Source of the DNA: Octopus sinensis
Taxonomy: Eukaryota
Assembly: GCF_006345805.1 (NCBI RefSeq)
Contig: NC_043002.1
Location: 37,696,001-37,760,000 of the forward strand
Direction: 5' to 3'
DNA length: 64,000 bases
In this document: positions 38,595 through 50,744 of the stretch, in pieces
Numbering within the stretch: the first letter of the stretch is position 1
Layout of the letters: every line of letters begins with the position of its first letter
The notes under the pieces: model-generated
Databases searched by the model: none
Told to the model about the DNA's origin: nothing
What the model saw: the letters and a program-made list of their open reading frames with translations, nothing else
Translations under genes and position numbers: made by a program

Positions 38595-38939
38595 TTAAAC
38601 CAACTTACACACATAAAAACTATAAACATCGAATACTATTAAAAAATTTCTATCGAAATAAAGTTACCTATAACGAAACACCATGTGTTGCAGAGAAATA
38701 GACAGAGGTTGTACTCATGTCTTAACGATACGCTGCCAAAGACCGTAAGATCGACAGCTGTCAATAAGCGGAAGCCAACCCTAACTATCCAACAATAGTG
38801 ACGAATGACAAATACTTAGTGGAAGTGATGTTATAACAACAATGAACGACAACCAACAACCAAAACTTTCTAAACTATGATTTTACCTTAAAGGAAAATA
38901 ACAAACCAAAAATAATGCTCCTTACAATTCCAGGCTCAA

Positions 38940-40960
38940 CTGTAAACTTGAGATCATTCCATACTTTCTCACCGTGTTTATATAAATAACTGTTAAAACA
39001 TTTAACCAACCTTATACAACTGTAATCGTGTTTTTCCACGAGCGTCTTTAACCCTATTCAAAAACATTCCAACTTTATTTATAATTCAACCATAATTAAT
39101 AACTTGGCTGGAAAACACATTATAACCCATCCAAAGAGGAATTCTGCTATCCCCTCAAGGCAACGACGTAATGCAAAAATTAAAACTATCATTCTTATAA
39201 ATACTCGCCTCGACCTTTCCATCTGCACCAACTATTCTCGCATCTAAATAGTTGACCTCTTTTACGGATTCACCATTTTTATTTGCCTAGAGATCCACCG
39301 GATATATTTTTTTCATCAAATATTGAAATTCTCATAGTTAGGAATAAGAATTTAATTGATATATCTGCAGCATCCACCGAGTTGTTTGACCCAACCTATA
39401 TTTCTCCATCACTATAGATCATTAAGGAAGTTGAACTTACATGAAGATAATCAGTTATCACAAGGCTATAATTACTACCTATCGGAATCCCCTTGATTTT
39501 CTAAAAAACTTTCCCAGCAAATGTAATAAACACGTTATTAACTATAGAGCTCACCATCTTCTTTAGTCTACTTTTTCTAAAACATATATAACTATTATAT
39601 TTACACTTAGTAAAAAATACACTTTTACTCTTTTACTCGTTTCAGATATGCGGCTGTGGTCATGCTGGAGCACCACCATTTTTAATTGAAATATACCTGT
39701 AGACTTTATTGAATACAATATCAATTACACTAAATATACTTTCTTTCACTCTTTTCAAATAAGGTTAGTATGCATTGTAGAAAAATCATATACTTGCATG
39801 ATGATAATATAGCTTTTACACTTAACAGTTTGTTTAAAACATCTTTACTGGACCTTACACTCGAAAAAAAGCTTATTTCAGATTTGCTAAAGATTCGTTC
39901 GCAGTACCTCATAGAGTACAACGTAACAACATTCAAAGCTTCATTAATCGATAAAAAATATATGTTAAAATTCACTTTCTTTTATACGGTACCTTGTGTA
40001 ATTTAGGAATGATAATAATAAAAAGAAAGGGATAACTATATCCTTCCACTTCAGAACTACTCGACCTTTCCACCTCAGGATCAAATTTCCTTATTACCTC
40101 GGTAGGTTCATCCGATACTATACTATATGTATTATTACCCTTAAAGTTAAGGTGGTGAGCTAACAGAATCGTTAGCACGCCAAGCGAAATAGCAGCATTT
40201 CGTTTGTCACTCTATTCATATTTCATCCTTTCGAGGTCGATAAATTAAGTACCAGTAAATCACTGGGGTCGATGTAATCGACTTATTCCCTTCCCCAAAA
40301 TGCTGCCTTTGTGGCACAATTTGAAACCTTTAAGCTATAGTTACTATCTAATCCTAACTCATACCTAATTCCTTTACATAATATATTTTTACAAATGAAA
40401 ACACAATTCCCAGGCGCTTTATCCGCTAGTACTATATCATACGTGTTATGCAATTCTCTAATGTCTTCCTTAGTCTCAGGCTTGCTTAAAACTAATTGGT
40501 TTCCTAACGAGTTCTACATCCTTCTAATACGTCTCAGCAACACACTCACTTGTTATTCTACTCCACCAGTTATGAAATTCCTCTAGTGTAACCTTATACT
40601 TAAAACTTAAATATGAAATCGCTAATCGATTGTAAAATAACCTCCTCTAACCTATGCTTACTAATCCTACAAGGTCTTCTATATTTCGTGCCTTTTATCA
40701 TGATTCTTCTCAGATTCTCACTTTTAATAATATCCAAATTTACAGTATACAAATGCCCAACTTCATTATAGCAGAATTTAGACTTGTCGCAATCATACGT
40801 TCCTAGATAAATGCTCTTGAAACATTCTGGATTAGCGTATTACAAAAGTTTACTGTAGTTAAATTACCTATATTCCGACCTAGTCTATAGTTAATACATA
40901 TACTTACATGTATTTAAACAAATATCACCAATAGAGCTACTAATGTAATGTACCATCAGG
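38940..40960 (-). pseudogene. Decayed Penelope-like element of Naiad type (CxC linker followed by C-terminal RT), split by two SINE insertions
   Basis: Minus translation in order: YDCDKSKFCYNEVGHLYTVNLDII..KGTKYRRP (40670-40800); IPKLHKVPYK (~39975-40005); YDFSTMHTNL (39761-39789); KGIPIGSNY (~39468-39495); RYIN* (decayed YxDD); NYLDARI; DSRIP..YNVFSSQVINY; many stops and frameshifts. Confidence 0.7.
40149..40328 (+). mobile_element. SINE family A (tail type 2) inserted into the Naiad-like remnant
   Basis: aaggtggtgagctaacagaatcgttagcacgcc..tcatcctttcgaggtcgataa..ccccaaaatgctgcctttgtggcacaatttgaaa. Confidence 0.8.
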
Positions 40961-41035
40961 TATTCCATTTTAACTGTATTTGATTTCTTCTTCGCCGCTT
41001 TAATTAATCTATTACAGAAACTATCAACTGAAAAG

Positions 41036-41125
<90 letters not shown>

Positions 41126-41356
41126 ATCTATACACATCTATGTGTGTAAGTGTGTGCGCGCACGTACGCGTGCATATGTGTGTGTATGTGCGTGTGTGTG
41201 TAAGAGTAGCAAAAGTGCAATTGCTTTGTCTATATAGGTCAGTATTCGGTCAAGAAGAAATATAGTTTAGAATAATTCGGACAGCTGAACAGAAGTTAAT
41301 ATATTGTTTTATGAAATGTTAATGTTTCGATTAGATTTTGAGATAAAAATTTTCTG

Positions 41357-41518
41357 CAGGCGTGGCTGCATGTGTAAGAAGCTTGCTCTCCAACCATGTG
41401 GTGGTCAGTTGAGTCACACTGTGTGCTGCACCTTGGGTGAGTATCTTCTACTATAACCCCGGGCCGACCAAAACCTTGTGAATAGTTTTGTTTGACGGCA
41501 ACTGAAAAGAGCCCATCA
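41357..41518 (+). mobile_element. SINE family B head (diverged)
   Basis: gtaagaagcttgc..ccaaccatg..caccttggg..ccgggccgaccaaa.ccttgtga..gacgg.aactgaaa. Confidence 0.75.
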
Positions 41519-41534
41519 TATATATATATATATA

Positions 41535-41760
41535 CCGGAATAAACACATAAATGTGAAACAAGGTGGTAAAAAGAGTACTCAAATACCAGTGGTAGAGCA
41601 ATATGCTTTATTTAAAGCAGCAGAAAATTCAACAAAACCTGTTACTCTGAGTTTCCCGTTGCCGTTCATCGGACAGTTTTAATTAATCTATTACAGTTTT
41701 TGAACGGCAACGGGAACTCAGAGTAACAAGTTATGTTGAATTTTCTGCTGCTTTAATTAA
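41535..41760. mobile_element. Head-to-head inverted pseudo-LTR fragments between two (TA)n tracts
   Basis: 41612-41668 is the reverse complement of 41701-41755; both ends run into (TA)n; related to 15021-15165. Confidence 0.7.
41634..41680 (-). ncRNA. Minimal type I hammerhead-like motif with CCGAUGA core
   Basis: Minus: AAAACTGT-CCGATGA-ACG-GCAA-CGG-GAAA-CTCAGAG-TA-ACAGGTTTT; stem I CTGT/ACAG, GNRA-capped stem II, palindromic stem III ACTC-A-GAGT, GUA site. Confidence 0.55.
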
Positions 41761-41761
41761 A

Positions 41762-41814
<53 letters not shown>

Positions 41815-42039
41815 ATATATGTATTCTTTTATTCTTTTATTCTTTTACATGTTTCAGCCATATGAAGGGGGCGCATTCTTGTGTACGCGTGTGTTTGTTT
41901 TCCTTCATCGCTTGAAAACTGCAGTTGGTTTCTTTACGTTCCCGTAACTTAACAGTTCGGCAAAGGAGAACGATAAGGTAAGTAGCAGACTATAAAAAAT
42001 AACCACTAGGGTTGATTCTTCCGACTAAAGTCCCTTGAA

Positions 42040-42485
42040 GATGCTGGCACAGAATGGTGTGGTAAGTAGCTTGCTAACCAACCACATGGTTCCGGGTTCG
42101 GACCCACTGCGCGGCACCTTGGGCAAGTGTCTTCTGCTATAGCCCCGGGCCGACCAATGCCTTGTGAGTGGATTTGGTAGACGGAAACTGAAAGAAGCCC
42201 GTCGTATATATGTATGTATATATATGCGTGTGTATGTTTGTGTGTCTGTGTTTGTACCCCCAGCATTGCTTGACAACCGATGCTGGTGTGTTTATGTCCC
42301 CGTTACTTAGCGGTTCGGCAAAAGACCGATAGAATAAGTACTGGGCTTACAAAGAATAAGTCCCGGGGTCGAGTTGCTCGACTAAAGGCGGTGCTCCAGC
42401 ATGGCCGCAGTCAAATGACTGAAACAAGTAAAAGAGTAAAAGAGAGAGAGAGAGTCCAATGACTGAAACAAGTAAAAGATTAAAG
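42040..42485 (+). mobile_element. Full-length SINE family B (tRNA head, internal TA/TG tract, gagtaaaa-type tail)
   Basis: ggtaagtagcttgc..ggttccgggttc head; caccttgggcaagtgtcttct; internal microsatellite; tail ctccagcatggccgcagtcaaatgactgaaacaagtaaaagag, partly duplicated. Confidence 0.9.
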
Positions 42486-44379
42486 TAAACGAGAGTGTGT
42501 GAATATATATTTCTAAAGATGCGAATTTAAATCTATGAAAATATTTTTGTAGAAACAGATACCAACTAAAAATTATATTTATAATATTCTCTATATAAAT
42601 CACATTTATCATAAGTATATTTAAAAGTTGAGAATCTAAAATATAAAGTCTTAGTAATTATATAAACGTTGTATGATTCAGGCTGCATATAAAATCTAAT
42701 AAAATTACTTCATGTCGTAAAAAGAACATTGAAATCGGTGTAAAGGATAAAAGAAATGTGTTTTAAGAAAATATATTACGCTAACTATTGAGTAACTTAA
42801 TTATATAGACTCTAAGATTAATTATACTAAAGTTGGCCTGAAGTTTTATAGTAAGAAAATAACTTAACAATCACCATACATGAACGGGAATTAGTTCTAA
42901 GGGGAACAAAGTAAATATACATATAAAGCAATTATGGCAATCTGAAAATTTTCGAGTAAATTATTAATGATAAGTCAAAGGGGCTGTATTTTGAATAAAA
43001 GTTAAGTCAACTGGGAACTCTTTAAAGCACAATGAGACGATATGGCGCAGCTGTTTGGATGCTGAAGAACTGGCTAAGGCGGCAGGATATTCAACCTGTT
43101 TTGGTGACAATACATTTTAGTGCTGGAAGCAGACATGCACAGATAGATATGTACACACTCACGTGTCACTACTGTGCAAGATATAAGGTGTAACTCAGGT
43201 CAATGGCTTCTAGTTTATCTTTCTACTTCAGTATTTGGAATTGGGACCCTTCTCTACCACACCACATCTCCGAGAAAAGTCCTAACCCTGGAGTACTAAA
43301 ACATAAGGTAAAAGTACAAACCTCTCCTTGTATTGCTTTTCAGAACTCGCATTATTTTTGACATTAATAAAAATGAAAAGATGTTTATCTGTAATAGACA
43401 ATGCTTGATGCAAACTATACATATACATAATACCCCTCATCCACACACACACATATATATTCGTAAATGTTTGCATAATTAAGACTCTGCGTTTCCTTCG
43501 GTAATATATGAGTCTACGATTTTTAGATTGCTGCGGCTTATACTGATATTATTGTTGATTACAGCTCTGAAACTTTTAATGAGAAAGGAATAAAAATAAA
43601 TAAATCCCCAAAAGGTATGAAAAACAAAACTGAACACATGTTTTGCTAATGTTGATTTCTGTGTTATAATGGGAATTCCTATTTACAACACTTCGTTGTT
43701 TTAACAGTTGAGAAAGTCAATAATTTCATTAGCACTCATCTAGATTAGTTGCTGCCTTTGTCTTAAGAGGCATTTTTGAATTAAAATGATTGTTCAGTCG
43801 CTGCTAATAGACTGTACAATGTTTTTACTTGATTGAAGTCTTAGATAATCAACACGAATATATCATCCACATGAATTTACACAGAATTTACTATTATCAG
43901 GGTTGGCGTTCCTTTACTAATATTTGTTAAAAGATTTTACTTATTCATGTCCACCTAAAAGGGTAACTATGATCAAAAGCACTCCAGTTGTGACCATTTT
44001 TTCCTTGTTTCTGACAGTGTATCTAGGACAACGTTGTTTAAAGTGGTGTGAGAAACTGCAGATCATGATCATGACAATGATGATTATGATGGTGTTTAGA
44101 CGATCGCGATAATCAGGATAATAGTAGTGGTGATGTAGGTGGAGATGGCGAAGATAAATATGTAGAAAGATGACACTAAATCATGCAAGGAAGATATAAA
44201 ACAGATCAAGAGAACAGCTATGGCAGTATAGCTGTCGCTGTCGCCACGGCTACCGTTGCCACTGCTATTGTACAATAAGATTGATGATGGAGGAAATGAT
44301 GATGTTGTACGGTGATGGGGAATGGTCTTTATAAGGTGGAAGAACAACCTCAAGAGGTAAAATGCAAGTGCTATGAAAA

Positions 44380-44692
44380 CGTGGGCCGAAGAAGCTCGCC
44401 TTTTCAACCACGTGTTTTGGGGGTGTAGTTTCACTGCGTGGCACTTTGGGTAAGTGCCTTTTACTATAACCCCTGGTCGACCAAAGAATTGAGCGTAAAT
44501 TTGATAGACGGAAACTGAATGCGTTTGTCTACTTATCGCTCGACACATCGGATTGATTTGTTTACGGCCCCCGTAACTTAGCAGTCCGACAAGAGAGACC
44601 AATAGAACTAAGTGCCACTTGGAAAATAAATAAGTACCGGGCGTCTATTTATCGACTAAAGTCGCTGAGGAGCTTGCTCCAGCATAGCCGCA
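44380..44692 (+). mobile_element. SINE family B (diverged)
   Basis: cactgcgtggcactttgggtaagtg..gacggaaactgaa..cccgtaacttagc..ctccagcatagccgca. Confidence 0.7.
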
Positions 44693-45521
44693 TATACTTC
44701 ACTACAAATTTCATACACGACGACCTAATATAGCGAATGCGATGGTGACGACATTGCTGAAAAAAAAAAGAAATTGTGTAATGATGATGATGATGACGAT
44801 GACGACGACAATAATGATGATGATGATGGTGATGATGGTAAAGATATTAATGTTGGTAACAGTCGCTAAAATTGGTTAAAATTCTGTCGCCGACGATGAT
44901 ACGAAGACGAAAATGATTAGAATGATAGACAGGATTACATCATGGCATTTTATTTCGGAAATACAAATCGTTTTTAATGAAGTATTTCCTGCAACGACCA
45001 CACGTTCATTGTTCTTGCCGCAATCATATCTGCGTGAGAATAACCACGTGAAAGAATATCTAGATATTTTGATACATTATAATTTATGTCAATTTAGCTC
45101 CCAACCGCTTCTAGTCTTATTTTCCCTAATTATAATAATTAAAGAAAATACACATAATGCATATAAAATTGAATGATAATGTTTTGTTTTCGGTTGGATT
45201 GAAATGAAATATTTCTAAGGTTACAGCGACAAATTTTGCTTAATTACTGTGTAATTGAAAACTACGTGGAAGATACCTTAAGCTATCTCAAACAAACACG
45301 GTTTAGATACATTTATTTTGTGTGTTTCTTTATTTCAAAGGTGAAATAGCTAAAAGATAAAAAGAAGTAAAAGAGAAGAAGCGTCGTTCTATTGAATATT
45401 GACGTTGCCACTTCGACAACTCTACTGGTCTTTCGAAGGGCATCTTTCAAATGTAGCTGGCATCAGCAACATTGCGCGTTTCTGTCATAGTCATCAGGTC
45501 AATATTATATGACGATGATGA

Positions 45522-45753
45522 AGGCGGCGAGCTGGCAGAAACGTTAGCGCGCAGAACGAAATGCTTAGCGGTATTTCGTCTGTCGTTACGTTCTGAGTTC
45601 GAATTCCGCCGAGGTTGACTTTGTCTTTCATCCTTTCGGGGTCGATAAATAAAGTACCAGTTTCGCACTGGGGTCGATGTAATCGACTTAATCCCTTTGT
45701 CTGTCCTTGTTTGTCCCCTCTATGTTTAGCCCCTTGTGGGTAGTAAAGAAATA
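45522..45753 (+). mobile_element. SINE family A, tail type 1, with 16-bp target-site duplication
   Basis: TSD tatatgacgatgatga at 45506-45521 and 45754-45769. Confidence 0.92.
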
Positions 45754-46699
45754 TATATGACGATGATGATGATGATGACATCCACAACAACAGAGTCGGT
45801 GGCGGAGGTTGACGACGGCTTCGCTGCTGGAGTAGCAGCTGCTACTGCTGCTGCTGCTGCTGGTGACAAACAAAGGCGTCTAGTGCGACACTCCAACGAC
45901 TGGAATCTTTATGATGATGATCTTATAAATATCAGTTCTTCACCAGCACCACAGAAATATGTGGGATGTTTTTCGACCACTCTGCCTCTTTAATGGTGAT
46001 GATAATGATAATGATGATGATGATGAGGACGATGATGATGACGACGACGATGATGATGTTGATGGTGATGTTGTTGATGATGATGATGATGATGAGTATG
46101 ATGATGGTAGTGTTAGTGGTGATAATGATAATGATGATGATTATGATGGTGGTGTTGGTGTTAGGTAGTGGTGATGATGATTATGATGATGATTGTGGTG
46201 GTAGTAGTGGTAATGATGATGATGATGATGATGATGATGATAATGGTGGCGGTGGTGTCGGTGGCTGAAATATTTTTTGAATGAATAATGACAAATTTAA
46301 TTTACTTTGTAAATCGTAATCGGAAAACAAATCAAATCGTCGAAATATAAAGTTTTTTTTTTTTGTTTTTTACCGAAATCGAATTAAAAATTAAATTGCA
46401 CCCGTAACTCCATAAACAGACACATAGACAAAGTCACACGCATAAACATTGTGACATACTGACATACAACATACGCATACAAACTCATTCACACACACAT
46501 AGAGGCATACTCACACACACATTACTTTCCAAGTAATTATTAAAGATAATTTTTAAAATTATTATTTTGCATTTATTTTTGCAGAAATTCCACCACTCTC
46601 CACTTTCTACAACTATCAGACGTATCAATGCAGACGCATCTACGCTGTCACTCTATCTGCTTGAAATATCAGTCAAATTTCCCAACTATCCTTCTATTG

Positions 46700-47024
46700 C
46701 AGTGATTCTCAACCAGAATCCATATGGTCCCTGAGGGTCCACACAACAAAATAGTAAACTGGAGATCCACAATAGTATTTTAAGGGCCCCTGAAAAAATT
46801 TTGCTTCAGACATAGATATTGGTATGTATTGCAAGAGACTGTTAGGTTTCTCTCTCTAACATTTTGCAGAGTTCAACCTATACAAGTTAATGCGTGGAAA
46901 AACATTAATAAATAAAATATTCTATAAAGCTAGTTTTTAAACATTGAATGAGTATGGGGATCCACTAGAATAGAATAGTAATCAAAGGGGGTCCATGGAC
47001 AAAAGAAATGGTTGAGAACCCTTG
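46700..47024. mobile_element. hAT (Charlie-like) MITE
   Basis: TIRs cagtgattctcaacc / ggttgagaacccttg; 8-bp TSD ttctattg / ctctattg (7 of 8 match). Confidence 0.8.
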
Positions 47025-49117
47025 CTCTATTGCTATAAAATAGCTAACAGCCATATTGGATAAAATGAGTAGTCCTGGATGTAGTCGATTTGAAGACAAA
47101 AGAACAAAATGGACACGGTTTGAATATCTTAGATTATAGTTTCCTTTATTAGGGCTGACTTGGAAGTAAGCAATATCCATAACGACAACAACGACGACGA
47201 CGACAGCAACAACAACAACTGCGACAACGATATAATACTTGATGAGTCAATATGGAAGCTTGCTTGCCTAGTTAGAAATAGCTGTCAAATTTCTTTCAGA
47301 TTGCAACCTTCTCCCTTAAAGAAAGCGATATAATACCATCTACAATTTTTCTTCGACTTCACATTACTTTTAGAAAATAAATTAAGGTGTTGTCCCAGCA
47401 CGGAGTACCGCCTTAAAAAAAGATAAAAGTCAGAAAAAAAAGATCAGTGAACATGGGAATGACGTAACTGGAATGCCTTTCGGGGTGACCTAGGGGTTAA
47501 ACAACAACAACACTACATCACCATTTATACCAATAAGAGCAAAGTCAAGAGTAACGACAGTAAGGGTAGCAAAATGTAGTTTTGTTCATCATGGCTAATT
47601 CGATTCCAGAACGACAGAAAAGCGGTACAGCTCAAGTAAAATATTTTCAGTGGTAAACGTTTGATCTGCTCTGAACGTGTCTTTTAAGCCCTGAGCTACT
47701 TTCACAGCAAGGCTAATAATAAGTTTATTGAACATATGTATATTACTTACGTATACAATTTTATAGAGTATTTGATGCCCCAGTTGTCCACCTTGAACTA
47801 TTGTATAAATTTCGCTATTTGTATCGTAGTTCTATCGAAGATGGTTTTAAGTGAATACTCTTTATGCTATATTTCATTAAGTTTGTTATAATATTATATA
47901 CATTTCTATAAGTAGTTTTCACTGCTTACTTTCGGTAACTTGTAAGATAGAAGGAAGATTTAATTTCGGTCATAAACTTAATTTAGATGGTAGACTTAAT
48001 TTAGTGTTGGTGTTAATTAGAATGGTAAACTTATTTTGGTACTTTGGGTGCCTTGAACAGAGATTGCTCTGTTGCACGATTTCGGACAAAGTCTCCGGTT
48101 TAAGGAAAATTTCCTCTCTTTATCTTAAAAGTCATGAAAATGTCTGAAAAAATAGAGGGCGATGGCTTTTTGCTTTTCTTTTTCTGATTAAGCGGTAAAA
48201 GGAAATAGTTCTTGGTGCCAATTTTATGAAATATTAAACTTATTAGGTCGATCTTCATTCCAAATTACCGAAAATACTGTAGTTTAAACATGGGACCTGG
48301 ATACACGGTGATACTAAGTGAATGGTTATAAAATCAATCGATTTGACGCCATATATGTTTTGCTCCATGGTATTCGCAACATGATTCTGAAAATATTGAT
48401 GAATATTGTGCCGTTACGCAAAGCCTCTATGCTTTGAATGTTGCAGGGAATGAGATATGTGAGATATTATGACATTTACATTTTCCCCCAAAACAAAAAC
48501 ATAAAAGAAAACTGTGATGAATTACATCAAATAATAATCGAAACCGGATCTTATCTCGACTTTGTAGGCGTTCACTTCTTGTTTAGCAGTACTTGTCATA
48601 TGATTCCAATGTATATTCACTTTCCTATATTTGAGCATAAGTCTCTATAACTATAAAATGTTATGTTGTATTTAGATATTTTTCCTAAGGGCATTTGGAG
48701 CGGAGATAGTTTTAACCTGGAATCAAAGCCGAGTGCGGATATTGTTGAAAACTATATCTCTTGCTCCGTAGTATTCTCTTTTGTAAAGGGAATATTTACT
48801 AAGGTTAAAAGCTAAGACTACATAAGAACAAAGTTTTACTTTCCAACACTGTACTATATATGTGCTACCATATTGATGACTGTGTTACAATATACCTCCT
48901 AATGCACACATTCGTGTGCATGTGTGTATTTACACTTTGTATGTATGTATTCATGCATATATTTATACATGTCTATTTGTCTGTCTCTCTGTATTTATTC
49001 TATCGGTTTCTTTTGCCGAACTGCTAAGTTACGGGGATGTAAGCACACCAGCATCCGTTGTCAAGTGATGGTTGGGGGGTACAAACACAGACATAGAAAC
49101 ATACACACACATATGCA

Positions 49118-49156
<39 letters not shown>

Positions 49157-49164
49157 TATATATA

Positions 49165-49305
49165 TGTACGACGGGCTTCTTTCAGTTTCCAACTACCAAG
49201 TCCACTTTGGTTGGCCCGAGGCTATAGTACAAGACACTTGCCCAAGTGGGACTGAACCCGGAGCCATGTGGTCGATAAGCAAGCTACTTACCACACAGCC
49301 GCGCC
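49165..49305 (-). mobile_element. SINE family B head
   Basis: cgacgggcttctttcagtttcc..gacacttgcccaag..gggactgaacccgg..ctacttaccacacagcc. Confidence 0.8.
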
Positions 49306-49315
49306 AGAGTGTATG

Positions 49316-49696
49316 TTTGCTCTTTTCTTTCTCGTTTTAATTTTAGAGTAAATTTTGACCGACCATTTACTTGGTAGAAAGGTTGTAAAGGAAAGAATCT
49401 TTTCTTAGTTATCATCCTTTAAATCTTTATCAGGTCTTGCAGATTTTTACAGACCCAGCTATCACGATTATTTGTAGTATATGAAATGAGAATTTACATT
49501 CTCTCCCCAAGACCCCCAAGTTCAGCTCCAGATGGGTTGATATGTATCCTCTTGTTCCAGTGATAATGGATGTGAAGCTGGAAATATATCTCGGGTTCTG
49601 GATTTGCAAACTGCTATCCAAAGATGTTCTTTTTCTCTTGTATTTTTCTAACCGAATTCGTGTCCAGGGGGCTACTGATTTTCACAACAAATATTT

Positions 49697-49697
<1 letters not shown>
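49316..49697 (-). mobile_element. RLE-type (R4/Dong-like) LINE 3' fragment A
   Basis: Minus: EISSPLDTN..IITGTRGYISTHLELNLGVLG..LQIIVIAGSVKICKT* plus short 3' UTR; paralogous to fragment B. Confidence 0.65.
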
Positions 49698-49728
<31 letters not shown>

Positions 49729-49742
49729 TGTATGTATGTATG

Positions 49743-50612
49743 TCATTAGTCAGTTTTATTTCAAGATTTCTTTTCAATAGAAAAGGAACCGGTTTCTAAC
49801 CTAGATCCAAGGGTCCTTCATTGGAATTTCAACATGAATTTCTGCATGCATGTATGTATGTGTGTATGTATACATGCAGATTTGTATGTTTTGTTTTATT
49901 TATGCCTTCTCATGCACAAGCTTGCATATCTAGACATCTTCATATATACTTAAATGATAAACTTTTGGAAAGTTTTACAGATTTATACAGTTCCAGTGAT
50001 GGATTGGATCTGTAGTCTTCGAATAAGCTTTCTCCTTTTTGTTTTTGAGAAGCCTAATTTCTCAAAACTGGTATTTAGGCAATGTGTTACATATCCCAGT
50101 GCCCCATTAATTACAGGTATAAACCTGAATTTGTAATCTTAACTGAAATCTGCAGATTTCTCAATAGTTCAGCATAAGTGTTCTCGTTTTTTTGATCTTC
50201 AGTTTTATGTTAACATCCACTGAGCAGCTAATTTCCACAACTGTGCACAGTTTCTCTCCTCTACCCCAAATCCTTATATCAGGTCTGTTCTGCTTACATT
50301 TTATTGAGGTTTTCACTGGGACATTCCACCAGTACTCCTTTTTGTTATGAGTGGCTATGACTTCTACCGTACTACGGGTTCTCATTTCTTTATCCTCGGA
50401 GTTATCCTTCCGACAGATGTCCTTATAGATAATACTGTGATGACATTTTCGGACAACTGCTTATGATGTGGGTGATATCTTCGGTGTTAACTCCGCAAAG
50501 TCTGCATCGGTTGTCACATTTTGCTGCTTTTCCTGCATCTCTGTCCCTTTTGTGCATCAGCTATTTAGTTGATATTTCCTGTTCCTCGATTGCAAATGCA
50601 CACCCTTCAAAG
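49743..50612 (-). mobile_element. RLE-type (R4/Dong-like) LINE 3' fragment B: CCHC knuckle and restriction-like endonuclease
   Basis: Minus: HFEGCAFAIEEQEISTK..CRLCGVNTEDITHIISSC (50453-50506)..EYWWNVPVKT..NRPDIRIWG..VEISCSVD..IPVINGALGY..GTV*ICKTF; (TATG)n at both ends. Confidence 0.8.
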
Positions 50613-50634
50613 TGTATGTATGTATATATGTATG

Positions 50635-50744
50635 TCTCCTATTTTTTAATTATTATAAATCTTCCACTGAGGAGGGAACCGGTTTCCAGCAATGATACAA
50701 GGCTCCATCTTTCGGATGTAATTAACACAAATTCACATTTGGAA
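50635..50744 (-). mobile_element. RLE-type LINE 3' UTR-only fragment C
   Basis: Shares gaaaccggttcc and an A-rich terminus with the 3' UTR of fragment B; (TATG)n on both sides. Confidence 0.5.

Noticed and set aside
38940-40960. Selenoprotein-encoding Naiad (in-frame TGA read as Sec)
   Set aside because: The TGA codons I could place fall at non-Cys positions or are explained by CpG decay (CGA to TGA). Conserved Cys positions read TAT or TGC, TAA/TAG stops and frameshifts are also present, and no convincing SECIS was seen.
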